Assembly (NCBI GenBank): GCA_029865445.1
Contig: JAOUGY010000001.1
Span: 1 to 38,864 of the forward strand
Reading direction: 5' to 3'
DNA length: 38,864 nt
From: Acidimicrobiia bacterium
GTDB taxonomy: Bacteria > Actinomycetota > Acidimicrobiia > Spongiisociales > ZC4RG35
Below the pieces are notes generated by a model. It was not told where the DNA came from and ran no database searches. It worked only from the letters and a program-made list of their open reading frames with translations. The stretch's first letter is position 1; the number at the start of each line of letters is the position of its first letter. Positions 17,031 to 26,553 of this stretch are shown piece by piece. Made by a program: the position numbers and the translations under genes.

Positions 17031-17065
17031 CGAGGGAGACCACCTGCCTCGCGCGGTCTCCCTCG
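17031..17065 (+). terminator. Hairpin downstream of hflX (11-bp stem, 13-nt loop, no U-tail)
   Basis: Arms cgagggagacc (17031-17041) and ggtctccctcg (17055-17065). Confidence 0.4.
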
Positions 17066-17192
17066 CCGGGGTTCCGACCCCCTACGCGCCGTCCGGACAT
17101 CCGGCACGCATCGGAACCAAGCCGATATCGATGGATGCCCCACACCCCTGAGGCGCATCCTTCGAGTCCGACCGGGTCACATTATACTCATA

Positions 17193-17954
17193 ATGATTAC
17201 GTTCACAATGGAACAAGAACCCGAGGATTCCACGACCGAACCGCGCACCCGAGATCGCCTGCTTGCGGCCGGAATCGAGCTCATGGTCGAGACGCCGGTG
17301 GGGACAGGCGTCAATCACATCAAGGCCACCGAGGTGTCCCGCAGGGCAGGCTTGTCACACGGTGCCTTCTATCACCACTGGTCGAGCCAGGAGGACTTCC
17401 AGATCGAACTCCTCCACCACGCCATCCAACTCGGACGCAACCCCGCGGAGGCCGACCAGTTCCGCAAACGGGTCGAAGCCGCCGATCTCACGAACCCCTC
17501 CGAAGCCATCCGCACGGTCATGAACGAGGCGTTCGAGGAAGCGGACCTGGTGGCATGGCGGATCTGGGTGGCCCTCCTCGCCCGCAACGATCCCCAAACC
17601 GATGCGTTGCTACGTGATCGCTACCAGGAGGTCGTGGACGCCTACACACCCGCAGTGGCGGAAGCCTTTGGGCCGCTCATGCTCCGGATCCGTCCACCCA
17701 TGGACCTCGACCGGCTTTCGGTACTGACCGACGCCCTGTGGGAGGGTCTCGCCCTACGTCGCACCGTCGACGCCGATGCCATCGATGGTGCCGCCGCCAC
17801 CGACCGGTTCGGAAAGGAGTGGAGCCTCTACGCGCTCGGCGCCGCTGCCATGCTCGTCGGGTGTACAGAACCGGTCGGCGGGGTCGAGACCGACCTCCTC
17901 GATGCGATCGATCGGCTGGGGGCCGCCCTTCGTGAACGGCCTCACGACAGCTGA
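17193..17954 (+). CDS. TetR/AcrR family transcriptional regulator
   Basis: N-terminal [30 protein letters not shown]. 253 aa. Alternative start at ATG 17208. Confidence 0.85.
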   Translation: MITFTMEQEPEDSTTEPRTRDRLLAAGIELMVETPVGTGVNHIKATEVSRRAGLSHGAFYHHWSSQEDFQIELLHHAIQLGRNPAEADQFRKRVEAADLTNPSEAIRTVMNEAFEEADLVAWRIWVALLARNDPQTDALLRDRYQEVVDAYTPAVAEAFGPLMLRIRPPMDLDRLSVLTDALWEGLALRRTVDADAIDGAAATDRFGKEWSLYALGAAAMLVGCTEPVGGVETDLLDAIDRLGAALRERPHDS

Positions 17955-18688
17955 ACCGCGGCCATCGCCGCCCCCACGATGCCGGCCTCGTTCTGGAGAA
18001 CCGCCGGCACCGTCTCGACGTCGACATCGAGGAACTGGGCGTACTTCTCCCACTTGCGAGAGATGCCACCACCGATCACGAAGAGATCCGGCGAGAACAA
18101 GCGATTGAGATGCTGAAGGAACCTGCTGACGCGCCCGGCCCACTCCTCGTAGGAGAGCCCCTCGTCGTCGCGAGCCCGTGACGAGGCCCACCGTTCCACC
18201 GATTCGAACCCGGCGAAGTTGAGATGGCCCAATTCGGTGTTCGGGACCAACCGCTCGTCCACGAACATCGCCGACCCGATTCCTGTGCCAAAGGTGAGAA
18301 GCAGGACGACGCCGTCGACCCCCTTTGCCGCCCCAAACGACACCTCCGCGATTCCGGCCGCGTCCGCATCGTTGAGAACAACGAAACGCGACCGCACTCG
18401 ACGCTCGAACAGCGCTACTGCATCGGTCCCGATCCAAGCTTGGTCGACGTTGGCGGCGCTCAGGGTCACGCCCCGACGAACGACGGCGGGGAAGGTGCAT
18501 CCGACCGGGCCCGAGTACGAGAAGTGCTCCACCATCTGTCCGACGACCTCGGCCACGGCCACGGGCGAAGAAGGCCTCGGCGTCTTGATCTTGTGACGCT
18601 CCGCCAGCAACGCGCCCGTGCCCGGGTCGACGAGGTTCCCCTTGATTCCGGAACCGCCGATGTCGATGCCCAGAATGCCATCACGCAT
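17942..18688 (-). CDS. ppgK: ROK-family polyphosphate/ATP glucokinase
   Basis: [12 protein letters not shown]-terminus, [21 protein letters not shown] motifs. ORF 17942..18835 trimmed to the ATG at 18688. Confidence 0.88.
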   Translation of the reverse strand: MRDGILGIDIGGSGIKGNLVDPGTGALLAERHKIKTPRPSSPVAVAEVVGQMVEHFSYSGPVGCTFPAVVRRGVTLSAANVDQAWIGTDAVALFERRVRSRFVVLNDADAAGIAEVSFGAAKGVDGVVLLLTFGTGIGSAMFVDERLVPNTELGHLNFAGFESVERWASSRARDDEGLSYEEWAGRVSRFLQHLNRLFSPDLFVIGGGISRKWEKYAQFLDVDVETVPAVLQNEAGIVGAAMAAVQLS

Positions 18689-18751
18689 GGCGGCGCAGGA
18701 TAGATCGGCCGGACCAACAGGCCAGCCGACCCTCCGGTTACGCTCCCAACC

Positions 18752-20197
18752 ATGACTTTGGACATCAAGGCCGACATCGGCCTCATCGGCCTGGCAGTGA
18801 TGGGCCAGAACCTCGTGCTCAACATGGTCGACCACGGGTACCGAGTGGCCGTGTACAACAGGACGACGGCGGTGACCGACGAGTTCACGTCAGGTCGTGG
18901 GGCCTCGCCATCCATCGTGGGCGCAGACACCGTCGAGGCACTGGTCGACTCGCTGCAGTCACCGAGAATCGTGATGCTGATGGTCAAGGCCGGACCCGCC
19001 GTAGACGCCGTGATCGATCAACTGCTGCCCCTCATGGCACCGGGCGACGTCATCGTGGACGGCGGCAACTCGCTCTACACGGACACCGCGCGCAGGGTCG
19101 AGACGCTGGCCGCGCACGGATTGAGGTTCGTGGGCACAGGTGTGTCCGGAGGCGAAGAGGGGGCACGGCACGGACCGTCGATCATGCCTGGCGGGTCGGA
19201 GGAGGCCTGGCCGGTCGTCCAACCCATTCTCCAGGCGGTCGCGGCCAAGGTCGCCGACGGGACACCATGCTGCGATTGGGTCGGCCCCGGGGGTGCCGGC
19301 CACTACGTGAAGATGGTGCACAACGGTATCGAATACGGCGATATGCAAGTCATCGCCGAGGCATACGCTCTGCTCAAAGCGGCCGGAATGGAGCACCGTG
19401 ACATGGCGTCCACTTTTCGGACGTGGGGCGACGGCATCCTCGACTCGTTCCTCGTCGACATCACTGCCGACATCCTCGATCACGTCGACGAGGATGGATC
19501 TCCGCTCCTGGAGAACATCCTCGATGCCGCCGGCCAGAAGGGCACCGGCAAGTGGACGGTGATCTCGTCGATGGAACTCGCACAACCGGTGAGCCTGGTG
19601 GCCGAAGCCGTGTTCGCGCGCATCGTCTCGGCACTCAAGGACGAACGAGTCGTGGCGTCGGAGGCGCTGGCCGGACCGGCCGATCGTCCCGAGCTCGACG
19701 TCGATGACGTTCGCGACGCCTTGTACGGTTCGAAGATCGTCTCGTACGCCCAGGGGTTCATGCTGCTGTCGGAGGCATCGCGAGAGTCCGGATGGGACCT
19801 CGACCTCGGCCGGGTCGCCTCGTTGTGGCGGGAAGGGTGCATCATCCGGGCCCGCTTCTTGGACGACATAACCGCGGCCTACGAGCGTGACCCCGCGCTC
19901 GACAACCTGCTGTTGGACCCGTTCTTCTCCGAGGAGATCGGCCGTGTCGAGTCGGGTTGGCGCCGAGTGGTTGCTGCAGGTGTCCTGGCCGGCGTAGCGG
20001 TACCTGCGTACTCGGCGGCGCTGGCCTTCTACGACGCCTACCGGTCGGCGATCCTGCCGGCGAATCTGATCCAGGCCCAGCGCGACTACTTCGGGGCCCA
20101 CACCTATGAGCGGGTCGATCGGCCGCGCGGCGAGTTCTTCCACACCAACTGGACCGGTCGAGGCGGCACCACTACGGCCGGCACCTACTCCGCCTGA
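18752..20197 (+). CDS. gnd: 6-phosphogluconate dehydrogenase (decarboxylating)
   Basis: [13 protein letters not shown] Rossmann start, [28 protein letters not shown]. 481 aa. Confidence 0.95.
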   Translation: MTLDIKADIGLIGLAVMGQNLVLNMVDHGYRVAVYNRTTAVTDEFTSGRGASPSIVGADTVEALVDSLQSPRIVMLMVKAGPAVDAVIDQLLPLMAPGDVIVDGGNSLYTDTARRVETLAAHGLRFVGTGVSGGEEGARHGPSIMPGGSEEAWPVVQPILQAVAAKVADGTPCCDWVGPGGAGHYVKMVHNGIEYGDMQVIAEAYALLKAAGMEHRDMASTFRTWGDGILDSFLVDITADILDHVDEDGSPLLENILDAAGQKGTGKWTVISSMELAQPVSLVAEAVFARIVSALKDERVVASEALAGPADRPELDVDDVRDALYGSKIVSYAQGFMLLSEASRESGWDLDLGRVASLWREGCIIRARFLDDITAAYERDPALDNLLLDPFFSEEIGRVESGWRRVVAAGVLAGVAVPAYSAALAFYDAYRSAILPANLIQAQRDYFGAHTYERVDRPRGEFFHTNWTGRGGTTTAGTYSA

Positions 20198-20224
20198 CCG
20201 ACCCCACCACCTCCCGCACTTCCC

Positions 20225-20272
20225 CAACCCTGGGTTGAGGAAGTGAAAATCCACACAACCAACCCTGGGTTG
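20225..20272. repeat. 48-bp direct repeat, copy A: CAACCCTGGGTTG - 22 nt - CAACCCTGGGTTG
   Basis: Matches 21273-21320 with 3 mismatches, all in the spacer. Each end is a 13-nt near-perfect palindrome. Confidence 0.95.
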
Positions 20273-20287
20273 AGCAGGCGCCGGCCT

Positions 20288-21193
20288 TCATGAGTGGGAC
20301 CCGAAGGCAGCGCGGACTGTTGCCACGACATGACCCGGCCGGTTCGCCACATCATGCCATGTGAACCGGAGCAGCTTCCACCCGTGGATCACGACGGCAT
20401 TGTCCCGTGCCCGATCCCTGTCGAACTCTTGGTTTCGCGTGTGCCAGCGCCTGCTGTCCCATTCGATTGCGACGCGCTCATCCGGGTAAGCGTCATCGAA
20501 TCGCCGCGTGCGGTCCCACGGGAGTGGGAACTCGCTCAGGAAGCGGCCGCAATCCGCCTCCAACAACAACGCCCTACCCAAGGCCTCCAACTTCGATGCG
20601 ACGTGTGGAGAGCCATCGACGAGTTCGGAGGTCACCTCTCTGAGGACCTTCGAGCCGGGTCGGCCACGGCGCGCCACCGAATCCCGAATCGCGACCAACA
20701 GGTCGAGATCGACTCGCTTGTCCAAGATCAACGACCGCAACACGTCGCTCAAGTGTGAAACGGAGCAGAAGCGAGCCATATCGACAACCGTTCGCTCGAC
20801 GGTGGTGACCCGCAGTCCGTCGCGTGTGGTGATGTGAGAGTCCGCTAGGTCATGGTTGCGCCGAACGGTGACGCCGGGAAAGGCATGCGTGGTCCGGCTG
20901 TGGACCGACACGACGGCGAGCCCCTTGGCAAATCCCTTCACGCTATGTACCTCGGCCGCCGCCTCGTGCGACGCCACTGCGCTCGGCAGCACGGCCACCG
21001 CAGCGCGGACCCTCTCCATGGGAACCGAGGCGTCGTAGAGCTGGATGGCACCCCCATCCAACCGCTTCCACTGTCCCCGACTGAGGCGCCCCCGAACCTC
21101 GTTGACCGTCATCCCCAGTTCGAGAATCTGCTTTCTGCGCAAACAGCCACCTTGAGAGGCGGCGACTTCCATCACGGCTCGTTCGATGTTCAT
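20288..21193 (-). CDS. DUF559 (Vsr-like PD-(D/E)xK endonuclease fold) protein with N-terminal AbiEi-like wHTH domain
   Basis: C-terminal RFDDAYPDERVAIEWDSRRWH...HGWKLLRFTWHDV is the DUF559 signature. The N-terminus, GGCLRRKQILELGMTVNEVRGRLSRGQWKRL, is AbiEi_4-like. ORF trimmed to the ATG at 21193. Confidence 0.8.
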   Translation of the reverse strand: MNIERAVMEVAASQGGCLRRKQILELGMTVNEVRGRLSRGQWKRLDGGAIQLYDASVPMERVRAAVAVLPSAVASHEAAAEVHSVKGFAKGLAVVSVHSRTTHAFPGVTVRRNHDLADSHITTRDGLRVTTVERTVVDMARFCSVSHLSDVLRSLILDKRVDLDLLVAIRDSVARRGRPGSKVLREVTSELVDGSPHVASKLEALGRALLLEADCGRFLSEFPLPWDRTRRFDDAYPDERVAIEWDSRRWHTRNQEFDRDRARDNAVVIHGWKLLRFTWHDVANRPGHVVATVRAAFGSHS

Positions 21194-21272
21194 GACCGAA
21201 AGATGCCAATGGAGAGTGACATTTATCCATCCCCGCCCAACCGTGGGCCAGATCGGTGGATATCCACTCAGC

Positions 21273-21320
21273 CAACCCTGGGTTGAGGAAGTGAATATCC
21301 ACGCAATCAACCCTGGGTTG
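21273..21320. repeat. 48-bp direct repeat, copy B
   Basis: See copy A. Lies 80 nt upstream of the DUF559 start and 30 nt from the serB stop. Confidence 0.95.
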
Positions 21321-21349
21321 GCGGCGCTTCGCGGCGGCGGGTTTCTTGG

Positions 21350-22522
21350 TCAGGGGGAGATCAGGTCGGCGGTCTCGACATCGTGGCGCCGGATCCCCAG
21401 AAGGAACAGGATCGCGTCGAGATACGGCACACTCAACGACGTGTCGGCAGCCTCGGACACCACGGGCTTGGCGTTGAAGGCGATGCCGAGGCCCGCAACC
21501 GAAAGCATGTCGATGTCGTTGGCTCCGTCGCCGACCGCCACCGTCTGAGCGAGCGGGATACCTTCCGACTCTGCGATCTCCCGCAAGACCCTGGCCTTGC
21601 CCGCACGGTCGACCACCGGCCCCTCGAGGCGACCGGTGACCACACCATCCACGACCTCGAGTCGGTTGGCGACCGCGTGTTCGAGACCGAGGTCTGTCTT
21701 CAGGCGATCGGTGAACACCGAGAACCCTCCCGACACCACGGCCACCTTCATCCCCAGCCGGTGCAAGGTCCGAACAAACGTGCGCGCACCGGGAGTCAGC
21801 TGGATCTGTCCCCTGACCCGCTCGAGATCTCCCTCGGTGGCACCGGCGAGCAGCGCAACCCGCTCCCGCAGCGAGGTCTCGAAGTCGTGATCGCCCGACA
21901 TGGCCTCGGCTGTCAGGCGCGCCACCTCTGCGCCAACCCCTATCTGAGAGGCAAGCAGTTCGATCACCTCGCCCTGGATGAGTGTCGAGTCCACGTCCAT
22001 GACCACGAGACGTTTCGCCCGCCGGAACAGACCTTCCGGCTGAATCGCCAAATCGATCTGGTGCTCCTTGGAGGCCGCTCCGAGTCCCCGCCGCATGGCC
22101 TCGGTGTCCCCTCCCGAAACGGCCAGTTCGTAGCTGATGACCGGGTACGTGGCTATCTGGGCGATCCGGTCGATGTTTCCCCCTCCATCGGCGATCGCCC
22201 GCGCCACCGCGCCGAACCCGGCAGGCTCGACAGCGGTTCCGATCACTGTGACCACCGACTCTGCTCCTCGACGCTGCGGGGAACCATCGACGACCTCGAA
22301 GTCGAGATGGACGCCCCGCTGCCATCCGAAGAACAGCAACTCCTTGACGGTCGACCGGCCTTCCGGCACCTCGATGAGAAGACCGAGTTCCAACCTGCCG
22401 TGCAGAACGACCTGTTCGACATCGAGGATCTCGACGCCGTCCCCCGCCAGCACGTCCATGATGCCTGCTGTGATGCCAGGGCCGTCTGGCCCGCTCACCC
22501 TCACCAATATCGTCGTGCCCAC
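21350..22522 (-). CDS. serB: Phosphoserine phosphatase SerB with N-terminal ACT domains
   Basis: ACT-like ILVRVSGPDGPGITAGIMDVLA. HAD motifs VVMDVDSTLIQ, VSGGF, GDGANDIDML. GTG start at 22522 chosen by similarity to the usual SerB N-terminus; the ORF-track start 22795 lies inside pepN. Confidence 0.88.
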   Translation of the reverse strand: MGTTILVRVSGPDGPGITAGIMDVLAGDGVEILDVEQVVLHGRLELGLLIEVPEGRSTVKELLFFGWQRGVHLDFEVVDGSPQRRGAESVVTVIGTAVEPAGFGAVARAIADGGGNIDRIAQIATYPVISYELAVSGGDTEAMRRGLGAASKEHQIDLAIQPEGLFRRAKRLVVMDVDSTLIQGEVIELLASQIGVGAEVARLTAEAMSGDHDFETSLRERVALLAGATEGDLERVRGQIQLTPGARTFVRTLHRLGMKVAVVSGGFSVFTDRLKTDLGLEHAVANRLEVVDGVVTGRLEGPVVDRAGKARVLREIAESEGIPLAQTVAVGDGANDIDMLSVAGLGIAFNAKPVVSEAADTSLSVPYLDAILFLLGIRRHDVETADLISP

Positions 22523-22543
22523 GGCCGGCAGCCTACCGGTACC

Positions 22544-25123
22544 ATGACATCTCCCGACCAACTCCGAGGCATGCCCGACAATCCATACCGACTTCCGCGT
22601 TCCGTCGTTCCCAGCCACTACAGGCTCCGGCTCGAACCCGACCTCGAGGCCTTCGTGTTCTCGGGGACGGTCGAGATAGACGTGACGGTGGAAGAACCCG
22701 TCGACACCATCCAGCTCAACGCCCTCGAACTCGAGATCGAAAATGGAGTACTGCTCAGAGACTCCGAGACGATCGGGTTGTCCGCGACCCTCCACGAAGC
22801 CGATCAGAGGGTGATCTTCAACTCCGAGGTCGAGATCTCACCCGGGCCGGCCACCATCCGGATCGGTTTCTCGGGAACGCTCAATGATCAACTTCACGGT
22901 TTCTACCGGTCATCGTTCACCGATGTGAACGGCGACGAGCAGGTGATCGCCACGACCCAGTTCGAGGCAACTGACGCCCGACGTGCCTTTCCCTGCTTCG
23001 ACGAACCCGACTTCAAGGCCTCGTTCGGCATCACACTGGTGGTTCCCGAGACGCTGTTTGCGGTGTCCAACGGCGCCGAGGTGAGTCGTGTCCCCTCCGG
23101 CGGCGGGCGGGTCGAGGTCACGTTCGCGGACACGATGAAGATGTCAACGTATCTCGTGGCCTTCGTCGTTGGACCGTTCGAGGCAACGGAGGAACTCGAC
23201 GTCGACGGTGTTCCGCTGCGGGTGATCGCTCCAAGAGGGAAACTCGACCTCAGCCCGTTCGCCCTCGAGTGCGGTGCCTTCTGTCTCAGATATCTCTCCG
23301 AGTACTACGACATCCCCTACCCCGGCGACAAGGTCGACCTCGTCGCCATACCCGATTTCGCGTTCGGGGCGATGGAGAACCTCGGGTGTATCACGTTCCG
23401 GGAGTCTGCGCTCCTGGTGGAACCCGCAACCGCCACGCAGGCCGAACTGGTACGGATCCTGGACGTCGTGGCGCACGAACTCGCTCACATGTGGTTCGGC
23501 GACCTCGTCACGATGGAGTGGTGGGATGGGATCTGGCTCAACGAGGCCTTCGCCACCTTCATGGAGATGAAAGCCACCGACGCCATGCGACCCGACTGGC
23601 GCAGATGGGTGTCCTTCGGCGCCGTCGAACGCCCATGGGCTTTCGCGGTCGACGGGTTGGCGAATACGCGGCCCGTCGAGTTCGAAGTCACCTCGCCCGA
23701 CGAGGCGAACGAGATGTTCGACGCGCTGACCTACGGCAAGGGGTCGTCGGTGCTTCGTATGATCGAGCAGTACCTCGGCGAGGAAGTGTTCCGCCGGGGA
23801 GTCGCCGACTACCTCCGCAAACACTCGTACGCCAACACCGTCACGTCCGACCTCTGGGAGGGTCTCGATCGGGCCTCCACATCCGATGTCGGTTCGATCA
23901 TGGACACCTGGATCCTCCAGGGAGGGTATCCCCAGGTGGAGACGTCGCTGAGCGGTGACAGCCTGAACCTCACACAGCGTCGTTACCTCTCCATCCCGGA
24001 CGAAACCGACCAGACGATGTGGCGAATCCCGGTTCAGGTTCGGGGTGAAGCGGCCGGGAAGCCGTTCGACTCGAAGATGCTGCTGGACGGGCCAGTGAGG
24101 TCGCTCGATGTTCCGACGCCAATCGACTGGGTGATCGTGAACGCGGGCGGCCACGGCTTCTATCGCACGTCCTACGACCGAGATTCATATACGGCTCTGG
24201 TCGGTGCGATCACCCGTCTCGAAGCCCTGGAACGCTTCGTTCTCATCGACGACGCGTGGGCGTTCGTCGAATCGGGACAGGTGTCTGCCCGCCAATACCT
24301 GGAACTGTCCCGGGCCTATGGCAACGAGACCGAGCATTCGGTGTGGTCGGCGCTCGTCGGTGGCCTCGCCTCGCTCCGCCATCACGTCGTCACAGACGAC
24401 CGACTCCCCCAGTTCAGGACCGTCGTAGCATCACTGGTGGGACCGATGGCCGGCCGACTCGGTTGGGACGGCGACTCCGGGGAGGACGATCTTCAGCGGC
24501 GGCTGCGTGGCCTGCTCGTCGGCGCCATGGGACGCCTGGCAGAGGACCCCGCCACGATCGAGGCGTCCCGCGAACTGGCCGTGCGCTACCTCGAGAGCAC
24601 CACCGGCATCGACCCGGATGTCGGCCAGGCGGCGTTGTTCACCTGGGCTGCGCACGGCGACCAGGACTCGCTCGAGCGCCTATTCCTCGCCTACAAAGGG
24701 GCACGGACTCCGCAGGCGGAACTCAAGCTGCTGCAGGCCATGACGTTCATCGATGACAACGAGGCAGTAGATCGGATACTCGCCGCGGTCCTCGACGGAA
24801 CGGTGCGCACCCAAGACAGCGCTTGGATCGTCGCCCGGCTCATGAGCGGCCGCCACAGCGGCTCCTACCTGTGGAGCGAACTGCGGAGCCGTTGGAGCGA
24901 ACTCACCGCCCGGATGCCTCCAGTAACACTCCGCCGCATGATCGAAGGGATCCCGGCGCTGAGCCAGCCAGCGGCGGCAGCGGACGTCCACGCCCACTTC
25001 GCCGAGACCGACCTTCCGATCGCCAAGAAGACCGTGGCTCAGAATCTCGAGAAGCTGACCATCAACACCGGTCTCAGGGCCCGCGAATCGGGTCCTGTGA
25101 ACGAGTTCCTGTCCGAACTCTGA
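22544..25123 (+). CDS. pepN: M1-family aminopeptidase N
   Basis: GAMEN exopeptidase motif and HELAHMWFGD...WLNEAFA zinc site. Start is ATG 22544 (or 22571). The 387 N-terminal residues in the ORF track are antisense to serB. Confidence 0.92.
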   Translation: MTSPDQLRGMPDNPYRLPRSVVPSHYRLRLEPDLEAFVFSGTVEIDVTVEEPVDTIQLNALELEIENGVLLRDSETIGLSATLHEADQRVIFNSEVEISPGPATIRIGFSGTLNDQLHGFYRSSFTDVNGDEQVIATTQFEATDARRAFPCFDEPDFKASFGITLVVPETLFAVSNGAEVSRVPSGGGRVEVTFADTMKMSTYLVAFVVGPFEATEELDVDGVPLRVIAPRGKLDLSPFALECGAFCLRYLSEYYDIPYPGDKVDLVAIPDFAFGAMENLGCITFRESALLVEPATATQAELVRILDVVAHELAHMWFGDLVTMEWWDGIWLNEAFATFMEMKATDAMRPDWRRWVSFGAVERPWAFAVDGLANTRPVEFEVTSPDEANEMFDALTYGKGSSVLRMIEQYLGEEVFRRGVADYLRKHSYANTVTSDLWEGLDRASTSDVGSIMDTWILQGGYPQVETSLSGDSLNLTQRRYLSIPDETDQTMWRIPVQVRGEAAGKPFDSKMLLDGPVRSLDVPTPIDWVIVNAGGHGFYRTSYDRDSYTALVGAITRLEALERFVLIDDAWAFVESGQVSARQYLELSRAYGNETEHSVWSALVGGLASLRHHVVTDDRLPQFRTVVASLVGPMAGRLGWDGDSGEDDLQRRLRGLLVGAMGRLAEDPATIEASRELAVRYLESTTGIDPDVGQAALFTWAAHGDQDSLERLFLAYKGARTPQAELKLLQAMTFIDDNEAVDRILAAVLDGTVRTQDSAWIVARLMSGRHSGSYLWSELRSRWSELTARMPPVTLRRMIEGIPALSQPAAAADVHAHFAETDLPIAKKTVAQNLEKLTINTGLRARESGPVNEFLSEL

Positions 25124-25129
25124 CAAAGG

Positions 25130-25158
25130 GTGAGGGCCCGGCGATGCCGGGCCCTCAC
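25130..25158. terminator. Bidirectional terminator hairpin between convergent pepN and rplL (13-bp stem, 3-nt loop)
   Basis: Arms gtgagggcccggc and gccgggccctcac, flanked by T-containing tracts on both strands. Confidence 0.6.
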
Positions 25159-25184
25159 TGTTCTACGCCATCGTTCCCGGCGAG

Positions 25185-25577
25185 CTACTTGAGCTCCACC
25201 GTCGCTCCGGCGCCCTCGAGCTGAGCCTTGGCCTTCTCGGCGGCTTCCTTGTCGACGCCTTCGAGCACTGCCTTGGGGGCCGCGTCGACGAGATCCTTGG
25301 CCTCTTTGAGACCGAGGCTGGTGATCGCCCGGACCTCTTTGATGACCTTGATCTTCTCGGCGCCCGCCGAAGCGAGAACCACGTCGAACTCGTCCTTCTC
25401 CTCGACGGCGGCAGCGCCTGCATCGCCGCCACCGGCGACCATCATCGGCATCGCGGCCATCGGAGCCGCAGCGGTCACATCGAACTTCTCCTCGAACGCA
25501 TCGAGAAACTCTTTTAGCTCGAGCACCGTCATCTCTTCGAAGACGGACAGCAACTCGTCAGTCGTCATCTTGGCCAT
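25185..25577 (-). CDS. rplL: 50S ribosomal protein L7/L12
   Basis: [24 protein letters not shown]..., Ala/Gly hinge, and a C-terminal domain ending [10 protein letters not shown]. Confidence 0.97.
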   Translation of the reverse strand: MAKMTTDELLSVFEEMTVLELKEFLDAFEEKFDVTAAAPMAAMPMMVAGGGDAGAAAVEEKDEFDVVLASAGAEKIKVIKEVRAITSLGLKEAKDLVDAAPKAVLEGVDKEAAEKAKAQLEGAGATVELK

Positions 25578-25580
25578 GTG

Positions 25581-26264
25581 TCATTCCTCCTCAGCCGAAT
25601 TGGCTGGTTCTTCGGTCTCGGACGCCTCTTCGGCCGCCGCAGCTTCCTCGGGCTCGACGATCGCATCGTCCGCCGGTTCGGGCGCTGGGGCCGCTTCTGC
25701 TTCCGCCGCCGGGGTTTCCACCGGAGCGGAGTCGGCGGGCGTGTCCGACTCCTTCTTTTCGAGCAGTTGCGAGAACATCGTTGCGGCATTGCGGGTGAAC
25801 GCACCCAGCATGCCCGCCATCTGCGACAGCGGCGCCTTGGCAGCTCCGGCGATCTTGGACAGCAGGACCTCGCGCGGCTCGATCTCCGCGAGCTTGGTCA
25901 CCTGTTCAGGCATGATCACCTGGCCGCCGCTGAGGATGCCGGCCTTGATCACGACCTTGTCGTTGTCCTTGCCGGCGTCACGCAACGCCTTCGCCGTGGC
26001 GACGGCGTCACCGTCGGCGAATGTGAGACCTGTCGGCCCCACGAGATGTTCAGAGATCCCTTCGATCCCGAGCTCGTCGGTGGCCCGCCGCGCCAAGGTC
26101 ATCTTCACGACCTTGTACTCGGACCCGACTTCCCGGAGCGACCGCCGGAGGGCGGAGAGCTGTTTGACGCTCATCCCGCGGAATTCCGTGAGGAACACCG
26201 CGCGGGCGCCTTCGATTCGCTCCTTGATCTCCGCAACCGCCTGGACCTTCTCAGGTCTCGGCAT
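25581..26264 (-). CDS. rplJ: 50S ribosomal protein L10 with an unusually long acidic Ala/Glu/Pro C-terminal tail
   Basis: MPRPEKVQAVAEIKERIEGARAVFLTEFRGMSV is a standard L10 start. ORF trimmed to the ATG at 26264. The stop lies 3 nt before the rplL ATG. Confidence 0.92.
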   Translation of the reverse strand: MPRPEKVQAVAEIKERIEGARAVFLTEFRGMSVKQLSALRRSLREVGSEYKVVKMTLARRATDELGIEGISEHLVGPTGLTFADGDAVATAKALRDAGKDNDKVVIKAGILSGGQVIMPEQVTKLAEIEPREVLLSKIAGAAKAPLSQMAGMLGAFTRNAATMFSQLLEKKESDTPADSAPVETPAAEAEAAPAPEPADDAIVEPEEAAAAEEASETEEPANSAEEE

Positions 26265-26450
26265 GGTTCTTCTCCTTTTCGTACGTGGTCGTACGGTCCC
26301 AACGAAGAAACCCCCCGGGTGCATGCGGCACAGACACAGAGGGTTCGAAGAACCGACCTGCGGTGGCGGAACGATGTTCCCTTAAGCGACGAATCGCACC
26401 AACGGTCTAGGGCCGAGGGATATTCGGTTGAGGGGGGTCATGCTAGGTGG
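26265..26450 (-). promoter_or_regulatory. Probable rplJL 5' leader (position expected for the L10 autoregulatory leader)
   Basis: Assigned by position only, immediately upstream of rplJ. I could not verify the leader consensus by eye. Confidence 0.25.
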
Positions 26451-26512
26451 AGGAGCCCGGATTCACAAGACGGCACCGCCGGCGGCGTCTCGGGTCTCGA
26501 TCGGCCTTCCGA

Positions 26513-26546
26513 CGAAATGAGCCCGGTCTGGGCCGGGCTCATTTCG
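26513..26546. terminator. 14-bp perfect hairpin (CGAAATGAGCCCGG / CCGGGCTCATTTCG, 6-nt loop), T-rich on both sides
   Basis: Read directly. On the minus strand it lies between rplA and the rplJ leader, so it is a candidate rplKA terminator/attenuator. Confidence 0.55.
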
Positions 26547-26553
26547 GTTCTGA

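Noticed and set aside
17754-18500. 248-aa minus-strand ORF and other alternative-frame ORFs over ppgK/tetR
   Set aside because: They are alternative frames of the ROK glucokinase region, Arg/Gly-rich, with no motifs. The ppgK frame has the [11 protein letters not shown] and ROK signatures.
20943-22325. 460-aa minus-strand ORF, and the 387-aa N-terminal extension of ORF 21383..25123
   Set aside because: Both overlap serB and/or the DUF559 gene in alternative frames or antisense, and both are Arg/Gly-rich. The serB and pepN homology defines the true frames and starts.
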